Below are positions 1 to 12,794 of a stretch of 64,000 nucleotides of DNA, one piece after another. The stretch is from Laetmonice hystrix (taxonomy: Eukaryota): contig OZ249436.1 of the NCBI GenBank assembly GCA_965235115.1, forward strand, positions 26,104,001-26,168,000, read 5' to 3'. The notes under the pieces were generated by a model. It saw only the letters and a program-made list of their open reading frames with translations. It ran no database searches and was not told the origin of the DNA. The position numbers were made by a program, and so were the translations under genes. Numbering within the stretch: position 1 is the stretch's first letter; the number at the start of each line of letters is the position of its first letter.

Positions 1-159
1 GAATATTGCCAGGGTCAGGATCCACGTTGAACGCGCTATCAGGAGAGTAAAGGAGTATCACATATTTGATAGCATTGTACCACTAAGCCTGGCAGGTACC
101 ATCAACCAATGTGGACTGTTTGTGCTCTTCTGACAAACTTCAGAGGTCCCCTTTTCTGA
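1..159 (+). pseudogene. C-terminus of a PIF/Harbinger-type (ISL2EU-like, DDE_Tnp_4) transposase, with a frameshift
   Basis: Frame from nt 2 reads NIARVRIHVERAIRRVKEYHIFDSIVPLSLAGTINQ, containing the RIHVER catalytic-E motif. The expected tail MWTVCALLTNFRGPLF* (109-159) is in a shifted frame, implying a 1-nt loss near 109. Confidence 0.85.
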
Positions 160-894
160 CTGCATCATGAAGCATTTCTCAACAAATCGATCATCCCATC
201 ACAGTGTTAGTTGCTGTATCTGACGTGATACAGTATTTGCTGCCATGTCTTGAAAAATTAAAAATTGGTTGTCGGGTTGAAATAAGTTCCTTTTAAAAAG
301 AATATGTACTTTGATGATAAAATGTTATTTACGGTACATGTGAATTCTTTTTAATAGAAAAATGGAAGTTTAAAAACTTGACAATTTTACTGTCAAGGAG
401 GGGAACATGTATTTCTTTAGATTTACCCCAGTGTAGTAACGAAAATAAAGATGAAGAATAATGGAAGACTCAAAAAATTCTTCAGTATTTTTAATTCATC
501 CTGCAATAATTGATCGATTTACAAATGGTTTACAGATGACATAAATACGGTTACATGATCTGGTCATGTAACATTTAAGTTACCTGTTATCTTACGGAGG
601 GTTCTCCTTTTTTTTCTGTAATTAGTAAGTTTACCCATTTCATTCCACTCCGAGTTCCAGAACGTGAACATCGAACGTCTTCTTCCGTCTCCAACGCACC
701 CAAGATCCTTATTTTAAAACATAATTTTACATTTCTATTGCCCTACCGTACCTACCTGACAACACAGTAGCATTAAGCAAGTTCTCACACTGTATATGAC
801 TGAAATCTTTTCCACATTAAATATTTTGCAAAGCATTACTATCATCATCATACAGTAATATTTGGTCATCATGTACAGTTTGTGTCGTCACATT

Positions 895-3800
895 TCATTT
901 CTTGGTAGATAACAAACATGGCAAGAAATGCTCAAAATAAAAGGCATCAATATTTTCTTTCATATCTGCAAAGAAAGCTTCATCAACATTAATTTTTTCA
1001 ATTATGAAATCTTCTTCACAGTAAACCATAAAGTCACACCAAGTGAATCCTGTAATGCCTAACTGTCCCATTATTTGGTAGTAGTACTCATGAGTGTGTT
1101 TCAATGTGTACTCCCCATTCTGTCTTTGCTTCAAATATTTACACTCTTTATAGGTGTTGTTCCCAGGACACTTTATCTCAAGAAGCCCCCACTTTTGGTC
1201 ATTTGCAGCAGATGGATCATATACGAGACGATCAGGAGAGCATCCCAAATGACAAGCTGTGGGATTTATAACAAAGCCAATGCTGTACACATTCACTCCC
1301 TTGTTTCTGGCGTAAACTTCTGCAGCTGTAGGTTCAAGTTCTAGCCCTCTTCTCATCAAACTGGTTTGCACAGTTTTGCCTGTTATCAGTCTTTGAGCCA
1401 GAGATTTAAAGTCTCCACGTCTACAGCAAATCTGTTTGAATTTTGATGCAGTTAGACGTGACTCGCGAAGTTTTTTCCACTCAGGGCAAGCACTTTGTGT
1501 ACGGGTTGAAAGTTCGTAATCTGATGACTCGAGCAATGAGCATGAAAGCCCATCATACAATGACTGAAGTTCATCCGTGAGGGTAGACACATCATAAATC
1601 ATAGGAAGAACAGGTCTCGGGCAAGGTGGTCGACTGGGGGCATCAGCTACCATTAGTATACGGTCTCCTGGGGTGGTTATCTGCTGCTGATGAGCAAGCG
1701 TAGAGCCAAATGGGACTGGACCAATCTCACTTGGAACAGCTACAGGCCAGTTATCCGGAAGTAGCTGCAAAATCTGGGGCTGTACAGCCTGTGTAGACAT
1801 CATGCGCGATATTTTACCAGCAAAGTTCCTCGAGACGTCATAAATCGGTTCTCTGATAGGGTTATACAGCGTAGATGTAATTCCTGAGATAAAAAGAAAA
1901 TATTAAAAGACTATGAACAATTTTTACAACATACAATGTTACAATTGCAACAATATTTATCCACTTGGGTAAAAAAACAGAAATCAAGTTTCACATGTTT
2001 TTAGCCCCAACCCCCTCGGGTTGTGGGGTAACAAGAACTGTTAGAAGCTAGAGGATGTGGTTAACCAATATTCTGGGGCTCACCTGCGCTAGATAATACA
2101 TGATAAAATTCAATGAAAATATGATGTAAAACTTATTTCATATTTAATTCTTGAAAGGTTCTTGAATTAACAAAAAATTGTTAATCAAAACAGTTTAATC
2201 AAGTTAACCACAAAAAGGAATTTAAAATCAAATAATGCTTTAATTTATGTTTATTGTTTTGTATTTGAAAAACAATTCTCACCAGTGACAATTCTTTTCT
2301 TCTTGACTCTTGGTGCACTGCTTGAGGTAGGTGGCTTGACCTTAAGGACTGACATGTCTGATATTGGTACTGGCTTAATTCCATGAGTTCTTGGGGGAAT
2401 GTGCCATTGCTGTGGAGCCGATGTTTTTGATGTGATGGGGGGAACAACTTTCAGTCCTAGGTTTTGGTAGTGCACCAGTTGATAAAGAAGAGCAAGAGCG
2501 TGATTGCACACTCCTTTACCTGCAGTGCAGGAGCAGTGACATGTGATGTCCATATCATCAATGAAGTGTAGCTGAAAGCAAAAGAAGATTATTTAGTTCT
2601 TACTGTATGTGCATCAATATATTATCAATCATAACATCGTGCAAAATATGATAAATTCGTCTCTCACTAAAGTAAAGGGATGAAGGCCTACATAGGTCTG
2701 TTTCTTTCATAAATGTAATGACTACACCTGTGATACCGATCTCAGGTTCCCGCTTCTGTCCCCCAGAGGATAATGCCAAGGCTGTGTTTAAAATCTGGTA
2801 TTTTTTTATTATTTAAATACGGTATACAACAAATGTTATCTTACCTCATAAACAGATTAACACCTCATAGTCATAGGAACTCCTTTCCTAAGGAAAAAGC
2901 AAAAACTTAAAAAAAACTTAAAAAGTTCAACATTCAGGAATTACTGAATTAGTAATATATATGCAAAACGCCAATGGTGAAAAAGAGTACTGTAACTAAA
3001 ACAATAATAACACAATGTTAAAGACAAACTTGAAAAATTACCTGCAGGTCCTTTGGTGGGTCATTTTTTTTCATTGAGGGGTAACACTGTGCTCTTACCT
3101 CCACCTGACTGCCACTCTTTACCGCGCATAAAATGTAGAGAAATGTATTAGTTTTATTGCATACATTGTGTAGGCCCTATAGTACAGTTATTCCTTTCTT
3201 AGCACATTATCATGTTATAATATCTAATTATCAAAAGACTTATATTATAATCTTTTTTTTATTTCCCACTGGCCCTGTACTATAGTATAGTATCGTATAG
3301 CTGACCCAAGACAAGTCTGTCAAAACTGACATAGGCTAGGGCCGACTTAGACAATGAAAATATTTGTTTATCATCAATTTAAGTTTATAGTCTACGAGTA
3401 TGATCTGGATTGATAACTATGAATGATTATGAATGGGTTCTTATGAATGACATTACAACACCACATATATGCCTGGGCCAGACTTGGTCTAGCCTAAGTT
3501 TGGTAGCCTAATTAAGTTCAGCCTTCAGGTGACTGTTGCAGGAGCCCGTTTCACTGACACCCTAAATTCCTAATCAAATGCCCTAATTTGTAAACGGTAA
3601 CATCCCGACTTGTTGACACCATGCACTCAAAACAAGTCAACTGTCAAGTGAAGTGTTTCACTTTCACTAAAAAAAATGTCTCTCCTTGGAATTCAATGGC
3701 AATGTTAGGCCTAATTGCAAGGATCGACATTTTTTTTGAAACGGTATGTCTCAATCAGAATCTTGGATGTCCCCACTAGGCCTACTTGACTTGTTGGGAT

Positions 3801-4346
3801 GTCCTTGCTTGGTGAAACCTAAACTAAAGCAGGCAAAGCTGGCGTAGGCCCTACGGTCATTCCGACCATCCCCCGGGCCCGGCGGCGCAACACTGCCGCC
3901 AACGCAACAGTACGTCGAGCGGTAGCCTACTCTAGTCCTGGCCCCGGTCATGGCTAAACCTCTATGTCTACGAATAGGATTACCGAAAACAAATGTTGAA
4001 AAAAAAAACAGTTTAGGCATAATCTTATTCTAACTCACTTTTAAAAACTCACTGGCACATCCACTAGCACACTAACGTAGATCTAGTCGTGACAGAGTCG
4101 TGGACGTAGGGGTCAGTGATCGTAAGAAACCGATCGTAATCTACTTCAACAGTTCAAGCATTGCTTACCTTCTACGTTGTGAACATATGATCCAGAAAAA
4201 AACGCATAGCCTCTTGTCTGCAACTTCTTTGGCACCTTGGCCTTTTCGTTGGCCCATTTCTCAATGAAGGAATGGGACAACGGAGGAACTTTTGACAAAT
4301 TCCTTGTCCACACCGTCGGCACCGTCGCCTGCTTCGCCATTGACAT
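895..4346 (-). CDS. Spliced SWIM zinc-finger + YqaJ-like (lambda exonuclease family) protein, second gene of the ISL2EU-like element; exons 4346-4169, ~3127-3042, 2571-2283, 1883-895
   Basis: YqaJ motifs W..LR..RLTASKF, RGLELEP, CSPD, LLEIKCP, YYYQIMGQL. SWIM-like CHCSCTAGKGVCNH in exon 3. GT donors at 4168, 3041, 2282 and AG acceptors before 2571 and 1883 join in compatible phases (1,0,1). The exon 2 acceptor reads AT rather than AG. Confidence 0.8.
3541..3820. mobile_element. Degenerate Harbinger-like MITE in intron 1 of the YqaJ gene
   Basis: GAGCCCGTTTCACTGAC ... GGGATGTCCTTGCTTGGTGAAAC resembles both ends of the MITE at 24291-24440. Confidence 0.35.
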
Positions 4347-4423
4347 GTTGATCCCGCCCCAGTTTGTTTGCGTCATTAGCCTCGTTTTCGATTTTAATGG
4401 CCGCTCCGTGATACACGACTATT

Positions 4424-4622
4424 AGAGATATCATTAATTCCACCTTAATTTTTGATATCTCCAATTCATTTAATGATATCTACAATTGTATTTTTGATAT
4501 CGCTAATTCAATTTCTGATATCTCCAATTCATTTAGTGATAATTATCAAAAATTCTAAGAATTAGAGATATCAATAATTGAATTGGAGATATCAGAAATT
4601 GCATTTCTGATATCTGTAATTA
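4424..4622. repeat. AT-rich ~22-bp GATATC-centred minisatellite with inverted halves
   Basis: Repeated (A/T)GATATC...AATT units in both orientations. Confidence 0.6.
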
Positions 4623-5254
4623 GCCATGCGTATCCCTTCTTCGAAATAATTACTGCTCCCCATGGTGGGAATATAGATCTCTACCGAAATCTACCGAAAT
4701 CTACCGGAATCTACCGGAATCTACCGAAATCCAGACACCCCATGACTAATTACCGAAATCGACCCCCAAACTTACCGAAATCGACCTCTAATAGTGTTGG
4801 GAAGGCCCCAGATTTACCGAAATCGACCTCTAATTGGGGTTGGGAGCCCAAGATTTACCGAAATCGACCTCTAATTGGGTTTGGGAGTCCCCAAACTTAC
4901 CGAAATCGACCTCTAATAGTGTTAGGAAGCCCCGAGACTTACCGAAATCGACCTCTAATAGTGTTGGGAAGGCCCTAGATTTACCGAACACTATTAGAGG
5001 TCGATTTCGGTAAGTTTGGAGGCTCCCAAACACAACTAGAGGTCGATTTCGGTAAGTTTAGGGCCTTCCCAACACTATTAGAGGTCGATTTCGGTAAGTC
5101 TGGGGACTCCTAAACCCAATTAGAGGTCGATTTCGGTAAGTTTGGGGGCTCCTAAACCTAATTACCCAGCCTGCACGCACCACTTAATAAGCGCTGCTGG
5201 ACGATGCATTTTTGCTGCCAGCGCAGCCAGCTGTCAGAAGCTGGTCAGGAAACG

Positions 5255-6260
5255 CTGCTGACCACTGCCTGACCGACGCATTGAGTGCAGCGCTGGCAGC
5301 ACACAGTAGCCCTTCAGACAACGTTGCCTAACCACTGCTCATGCAGCGTTGCATGAGGCACTACTCATGCAACGTTGCTGAAGCCCTGCTGACCACTGCC
5401 TGAGCGACGCATTGAGAGCAGCGCTGGCAGCACACAGTAGCCACTCAGACAACGTTGCCTAACCACTGCTCATGCAGCGTAGCATGAGGCACTACTCATG
5501 CAACGTTGCTGAAGCTCTGCTGACCACTGCCTGAGCGACGCATTGAGAGCAGCGCTAGCAGCACACAGTAGCCACTCAGACAACGTTGCCTAACCACTGC
5601 TCATGCAACGTTGCATGAGGCACTACTCATGCAACGTTGCTGAAGCCCTGCTGACCACTGCCTGAGCGACGCATTGAGAGCAGCGCTAGCAGCACACAGT
5701 AGCCACTCAGACAACGTTGCCTAACCACTGCTCATGCAGCGTAGCATGAGGCACTACTCATGCAACGTTGCTGAAGCCCTGCTGACCACTGCCTGAGCGA
5801 CGCATTGAGAGCAGCGCTAGCAGCACACAGTAGCCACTCAGACAACGTTGCCTAACCACTGCTCATGCAGCGTAGCATGAGGCACTACTCATGCAACGTT
5901 GCTGAAGCCCTGCTGACCACTGCCTGAGCGACGCATTGAGAGCAGCGCTAGCAGCACACAGTAGCCACTCAGACAACGTTGCCTAACCACTGCTCATGCA
6001 ACGTTGCATGAGCCACATCTCATGCAACGTTACAGACGCACTGCTCAGGCAACGTTGGCGAACCACTGCTCATGCAACGTTACAGAACCGCTGCTCAGCC
6101 AACGTCGCCCAACTGTTGATCAGGCAACGTTGTTGAAGCACTGCTCAGGCAACGTTGCTGAACCACTGCCCATGCAACATTGCTGAACCGCTGCTCAGCC
6201 AACGTTGCTGAACCGCTGCTCAGGCTACGCTGCTGAAGCAGTGCTCCTGCAACGTTGCTG
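5255..6260 (+). repeat. Left subterminal array: 131-bp unit (~6 copies) made of ~22-bp subunits, then degenerate subunits
   Basis: GACCACTGCC recurs at 5260, 5391, 5522, 5653, 5784, 5915. Confidence 0.9.
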
Positions 6261-6269
6261 TGGTCTAAC

Positions 6270-6790
6270 ACTGTCATATCATGGGTAGACCTCAGAAATA
6301 ATGAGGTCACAGTGGTGTCACGAGAACCTCATGTATGTGACACCTTGTCTGTGAGCTAATAGTGACCTCACTGTGATATCACGGCAATGACCTCACAAAT
6401 GATGAGGTCACAGTTATGTCACAAGAACCTCACGTATGTGACACCTTGTCTGTGAGCTAATCGTTACCTCACTGTGAAATCACGTACAGTATTGATCTCA
6501 CAAACGATGAGGTGACAGTGATTTCAAAGAACCTCACGTCTGTGACACCTTGTCTGTGAACTAATACAAGGTGACCTCACCATGATATCACGGTAATGGC
6601 CTCACAAATGATGAGATCACAAGAGCCTCACGTATGTTTGTGGGCTAATAGTGGCCTCACTGTGATATCAAAGTAACGACCTCACAAATGATGAGGTCAC
6701 AATTATTTCACTAGAACCTCATGCACATACGTGACATCCATGATCCACTGTCTGCTATCTAACAGTGAGATAACTGCATCAAGGTAATGA
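6270..6790 (+). repeat. ~102-bp degenerate tandem repeat (GTGACCTCAC/GAGGTCACA-rich)
   Basis: GTGACACCTTGTCTGTGA recurs at ~6337, 6438, 6542. Confidence 0.75.
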
Positions 6791-7987
6791 TTATCACAAC
6801 CAAGTTCCTCTGGAATGCTGAAATACTGCTAAACCTTTTTTTAATAGAATCCCAGGCCAATGTGAATTTCTTGCTGCTCGGTCCCGTTTTCCTACTTTAA
6901 GATCACGTTTTTTACCAAAAAATAAAAAAAAGGTTGGAATGGATGGGGTTGAACATTTAGCTCAATCAGGAAGCTATCGAATGTATAGGGCACTGTTGCT
7001 CTATTGGCCGAGAAACCACTGCCCAGTATCTTGAACCTTTATTTCCGACGACAGCTTTAGTTGCTTACATTCCCACTGTCCTAAACAGGAGCCAGTGGGA
7101 TTGTTAGATGCGGACCGGTGCACATCTGGCCGCATCCTGTCACTGACCAGGCCATTTGGTGCTTGTAAAACGATGGTTCCCGCTAAAACCGTTACAGGAC
7201 CCTGCATACTCACCAATTGATGCCATCCACACCGAAGGAAGGGAGGTCAGGGGGTCGCGGCTTGGGGTAATTCCCCCAAGGTAACATCTCTACGAAATTT
7301 GGTGGTTTAAAAACTATAAATCTAACACTAATTTCTTAGCCCAAAATTAATTCTTACCATGCACAAACCGCGGTCCCCAGACTTCTCCAACCCCTACATA
7401 CTTGGCTACATGTATGATTGACCCTGACATACCTCACATTTTGCGGGTGTGTTACCATGGAGAATAACCCAGCTACATTTGTGAGGATATATATATATAT
7501 ATATTTGTCGTCCAGTTCAGGTTACAAGTGGGGGTATTAAGGAGACAACCAACGGCCGCTTTCAAATAGCTGAGCTCAAACTTATTGGAATTATAATGTA
7601 TATAGCAGTATATTATATGTATACCGCACATACACACATGCACACACAACCTATACTAGGCTATAAAGTACAAATGCAATATGCCTACATGTATATTACA
7701 CAAAGATAGCCATAGGCCTATACATGTACATATAGTAAGCCTACATAAAATAATAAAACTACGGCCTACGGTCAGATAAGTATACCCAAGATCAGAATCC
7801 AGTGGGCCTATAGTAGATCTATATCACGATCGACGTGTGTAAGATTATGTTCAAAGTAGAAATAGACTGACAGCCTAAAGTGCAGTTTGTCGGGGGCTAG
7901 AATTCTATCTATGTAATTATGTAGGCATTATGTAATTGATATCCACTCGTGCATGGAACCCGCGGTTAGATATTATGCTTTTGCAAA

Positions 7988-8238
7988 GGCGGATCCGAGG
8001 GGGGCACAGGGGGCATGTTCCCCCTTTAGCTTCACCAATTATAGGCATACACGGCTATAATAGCCTACTCAGTTTTAATTAATTTTAACACTGACGGTGT
8101 ATCTCAGGGAAACCCCGAGCTATAGGCCTATACCTCTAAAACTCTCATTCAAGAGCATGAGCTTTAATTAGTTGAGCAAACAATTATGAATTGCTTTTCT
8201 GTGCCCCCCCCCCTAGTGGAATCCTGCATCCGCCAGTG
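7988..8238. mobile_element. Short GGCGGATCC...ATCCGCC inverted-end element (family scattered through window)
   Basis: Inverted ends with G/C homopolymer tracts; relatives at ~13002, ~13177, 48150-48333 and 54524-54751. Confidence 0.5.
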
Positions 8239-10409
8239 TTTTGGTCAAGGTAGAGTTAAGGTTATATTTATAGCCGAACCTATAATTTGTAGGCTAACTG
8301 TTACCCTAACACTACTAGTATAAATAAAGGAATTGCGAAAATTGAATGTTAAATTCGTTTACGGCTAATTAACGGGCCCGAGTTCACCGTTTTATCAAAT
8401 GTTCTGGTCTCATGCATAATCAGATGTATAATGGTGGGATCAGACTTAAAATAAACATAAATTTTATATTGCCGACTTCATAATCGCCGAATGTTTGATG
8501 ATCATGATCGTATGGCCTCCCTTGTATTCTGAAGTCGTGTCGTAATGAAAAGAAAAATAGCCGCATGTCGCAGATACGATACTCACAGGGAAGAGTTGGA
8601 GACAAATTCTGAATCTCTGTCCCTTGTACGCATTTAACTGCAGCACACAACGTTGAATTCACCAGTTTTACACATGTTGACACAAGTGCAACATGTCTCT
8701 GCTGTTTGCTGGGTGACGGTCATAATAATTATAATAGGCTATTGCTCAAATCAATGGAAAAATTGTGGAAAGTACTGGGAACCCAACCCGAGCATATGAC
8801 ACGTCAGAAATGCATATACAAGGGGCAGGCAAATTGTCGGCAGCGATTCTTTATCAGTTCTGGCACCAAATTAACCTTGTCATGACGATCCCAACCGCAG
8901 CTGGCCTTATAGGCTCGAGCTCAACAGAATATTAGACACTCTAAAAGTAAATCTGGTGAAATATTATCGGACTGCGTGGGGTTTTGAAATATTTAAAAAT
9001 ATTTCAAAACCCCACGCTTCAGTGAAATTAAGATAGGAGTAGATCTAGATGTTAATATCTGGTGTCATTTTCAGGTTGATATCTCAAATAATTTGTACAT
9101 GAACTTGATTTGTCTGCACTCTATAGGCCCTAACTATACATCTATACATCTGCACTGAGTGCGGATTGACCAGTTGACATGTTGGTGGGGAATTAGGGTG
9201 GTGCTGATGAAGGGGGAGGGGGATCTCCTGTGGTAACACCCGATCAGAGCGTATCAGCTGCTGGGTCAAGAGGTCATAAAATACATCACCACAGTGGGGT
9301 ACAAAAGATAACAGAAAGCCTCAGCTTGAGGATTACTAGGACCCTTGTATCCATATACATAACTGTAATATTTGTACAGTGACCATGCCAATCTTTCGAC
9401 AGGCATGATTTTAGCATATCTTAAAATTATATAATACGATGGAGAAGACCTCTGATAATGACACAGGACCATCAAGAAGTGTTGCTGAGTGGGTCAGTCA
9501 CAAGTGAGCCGGGGAGAGGGTGCAATTAAGACTTGTGCATGGTCAGTGCTGGGCTATACTAGGTCAGTCGGTTATCTCCCCCAGCCTCCCAAACTCCATC
9601 CCTCCGTTCCGATTCGTCCTGGTCAATTAGCCGTGCCTGTTTCAACCGTTTGCGCGGGAACGCGCGTCTCCACCAAACAGTCAGAAGGAGAGGCCAGTCG
9701 ATAGTTGACAGTAGGCCTACATGGTTGGTTGGGAGCTATTCTAATCAATAGAATCCAACATATTGATACGGTAAGTAATACTGTATTTCTGAATCTATAA
9801 ATGTGCAAATTAAGGTCTTCAACCACAGCCATTAGGCCATTATAGTGCATTATTCTGAAATTGAACCCCTTTTAAGGGTAGGTAATCTTGTTTATATACT
9901 GTGAAATTAAATTTACACATGCTTTTGCGGATAAATATTTTCAGAATTCTTTGTAGAATAACTCTATACTTTCAGATGCTGAATCACTGGTGCTGCATGA
10001 TGGATGAAGGGCTACGTAAACACTTCATAGGTTGGCAGAACATATAGTCATGCAGACGCTGAATGGTGTACGTATTGTCTAATATTATCTGACTCAAAAA
10101 TCTCAATACTTCATAGTTGAATAGGCCTAACATTTACTTGCTTGGTGGTCAGAATTCAAACTTTGAGTCCAATCACGTTCAAGTATAATTCACTGTCGTA
10201 TAAGTTAGGTTAAGTACACAAATATTTTGGTCAAATGTCTTCTCTTTCCCAAAGTATATTTTATTGTACACACATAACAGAAACCCCCCTACTTTGTCGG
10301 GTAGCGTGATATTGGAGAGGTGGTTCGCCGGATTCTTCATGCGACCATGACTGACGAGGTGCAGTTGAACTACAATGGGACGGGCATACGGCCTATCAGG
10401 GTAGGTTGA

Positions 10410-10520
10410 CACTGAGGATTTTCCCCGAGTTAATCCGGGGTCAGTGGTGGTGAGCTGGTATATGTTCCCATACAGCTCATCGCCACTGAATCGGGTTTTA
10501 TCCTGGGGAAATCATCAGTG
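10410..10520. mobile_element. ~110-bp CACTG...CAGTG hairpin MITE
   Basis: Imperfect palindrome over its full length. Confidence 0.5.
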
Positions 10521-11064
10521 CAATCAATGTAATCTTCTGCATAATTTACCTGGCAAAGTATCTTTTAAATATCAGACATACAGCAACTATCACTGAGTGG
10601 GATGATACTATAGGTCCTTTGCTGGGTATATGATGCCGGATAATGTACAATACATGTAAATCATTGCGTGATTATCGTGAATAAATTATCAAATGCAGAT
10701 TCAAAACAACATGTACAGCAGCATATGTTATTTTTATTTTTAGCCACGCTACGTACATTCCACAAGGATGCGGATGAGATCAAAAGCAAGCGGGGAAAAG
10801 ATGAAGTGAAAACAACTTTGAAGGCAGAAACTAGCAGACAGCTCGAAAATTTACCGTGCAATATGCTCTCACAAGACCAAATAAAAGAAAGAATTAATAA
10901 CCAAATAAAGATATGGGTTAACCCATCATTTTTAGGATTTATTTTCAGATTTCCAACGGTTCCAGGCTGAAGTCGCAGTGGCGAGATCATGTGGTCATGC
11001 AGTGTCAGAGTGATCTGACCGTATCATATATATGCCAGTGATCCCACCATGTGATCTCACCACA

Positions 11065-11620
11065 TGCAGTGTTGAATAAGCGCTGCACATGCAGGCAGTG
11101 TTGATTAAGCGCTGCACGGGCAGTGTTTATGAAGCTCTGCTCAGGCAGTGTTGAATAGACCCTAAGCGTTGCACAGGCAGCGTTTATAAAGCTATGCTCA
11201 GGCAGTGTTGAATAAGGGCTACACCGCCAGTGTTGAATAAGCGCCTCACAGGCAGTGTTTATGAAGCTCTGCTCAGGCAGTGTTGAATAAGCGTTGCACA
11301 GGCAGCGTTTATAAAGCTATACTCAGGCAGTGTTGAATAAGGGCTACACCGCCAGTGTTGAATAAGCGCCTCACAGGCAGTGTTTATGAAGCTCTGCTCA
11401 GGCAGTGTTGAATAGGCGTTGCACAGGCAGCGTTTATAAAGCTATGCTCGGGCAGTGTTGAATAAGGGCTACACCGCCAGTGTTGAATAAGCGCCTCACA
11501 GGCAGTGCTTATGAAGCGCTACTCAGGCAGTGCTTATGAAGCGCTGCTTCATCAGTGCATATGAAGCGCTGCTTCACCAGTGCTTATGAAGCTCTGCTCA
11601 GGCAGCGCTTATGAAACGCC
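11065..11620 (+). repeat. Right subterminal array: ~125-bp unit made of ~21-bp GGCAGTGTTGAATAAG subunits
   Basis: GAAGCTCTGCTCAGGCAG recurs at 11131, 11263, 11388. Confidence 0.85.
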
Positions 11621-12794
11621 GCATCTGCAACGTTTCCTACACCTTTTTTTTAGCACTTCCCTAGCTGCTTCGGAAGCGCGGCAGTGCAGCGCTTCCAAAA
11701 CGCTTCAGAAGCTCTTTTGTGCACGCTGGGTAGAGGTCGATTTCGGTAAGTTTGGGGGCTCCCAAACACAACTGGAGGTCGATTTCGGTAAGTTTGGGGG
11801 CTCCTAAACCCAATTAGAGGTCGATTTCGGTAAATAATGGGTCCTTCCCAACACTATTAGAGGTCGATTTCGGTAAGTCTGGGGGCTCCAAAACCCAATT
11901 AGAGGTCCATTTCGGTAAGTTTGGGGGCTCCTAAACCCAATTAGAGGTCGATTTCGGTAAGTTTGGGGGCTCCCAAACACAACTGGAGGTCGATTTCGGT
12001 AAGTTTGGGGGCTCCTAAACCCAATTAGAAGTCGATTTCGGTAAGTTTGGGGCCTTCCCAACACTATTAGAGGTCGATTTCGGTAAGTCTGGGGGTCGAT
12101 TTCGGTAATTAGTCATGGGCTATGGTGTCTTGATTTCGGTAGATTCCGGTAGATTTCGATAGATTTCGGTATATTCCGGTATATTCCGGTAGATTTCGGT
12201 AATTAGTCACACCGGTCAGGACGTGATCGCAATGCACGAGTGCATCTTATACACGAAGGATTACAGTAATATTTTTTCTCTCCTGTAACATGTCATTTTA
12301 ATGTTTGTGAATCACTTCTTTATTGGAGAAAACTGAAGACCAAGGCGTCAACTTACACCCTTGTTTTATTCAATACGGGTGTTCAACATCCTTATAAAAT
12401 GAACATGTTGAACATGTAAAATGAACATGTCTGAGCACAGTATATCTGCTACACCTGACTTTTCTGTTTAAATTAGCACTGAACCTTTTCCATACCATAA
12501 GTATTGGTAGTCACCCTTCTTCTCAATGTTAACATGCAATCACAACATATTTAAAGGCACCGTGAGTAAATTTACTTACACACATGCTGTAACAAAGTAT
12601 TTAAAGTTCTTAAATAAGTTTTCTCTTTAAAAAAAAAACCATCTTCAATAGTAGTAAAACCTGAAACGGTAGGACACTGTGAATGAACTCCTTGCCGCCA
12701 TCTTCGCGCAAAAGCTGTCCTTTTAATATTGTACGCATGCGTGCAAGAAATACATCGGAAGCCCTCGGCCATTTCCGTAAATGCCGAAGTCGAA

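Larger units (their letters stand above)
1..4423. mobile_element. ISL2EU-like DNA transposon, distal part (left end outside window)
   Basis: Convergent DDE transposase + YqaJ gene pair is the known ISL2EU architecture. The right boundary near ...GATACACGACTATT (4423) is tentative. Confidence 0.7.
5165..11730. mobile_element. Non-autonomous EnSpm/CACTA-like element (CCCAGC termini, TA TSD)
   Basis: TIR CCCAGCCTGCAC / GTGCACGCTGGG (11/12 match). TA duplicated inside a host 42-bp unit (AATTA|...|TAGAGGTCG). Subterminal tandem arrays at both ends. Confidence 0.75.
4678..12211. mobile_element. Ginger1-like foldback MITE (~1 kb when rejoined), interrupted by a 6.6-kb insertion
   Basis: 10-bp CTACCGRAAT repeats, then ~42-bp TTACCGAAATCGACCTCTAA units that flip orientation at ~4987. 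The mirror-image arm at 11733-12211 ends ...AGTCACA followed by CCGG (12212-12215). The left terminus is truncated. Confidence 0.7.

Noticed and set aside
895..1803. Phage lambda-Red exonuclease acquired by horizontal transfer
   Set aside because: The gene has spliceosomal introns and a SWIM exon and is paired with a DDE transposase, as expected for ISL2EU.
4583..4978. ORF with YRNRP repeats (also 4830-5033 and 11804-12064)
   Set aside because: Translation of a 42-bp minisatellite.
4760..5164. CRISPR-like array (conserved ~20-bp core with variable intervening sequence)
   Set aside because: Intervening parts are variants of each other rather than unique spacers; the array flips orientation, the context is eukaryotic and there are no cas genes.
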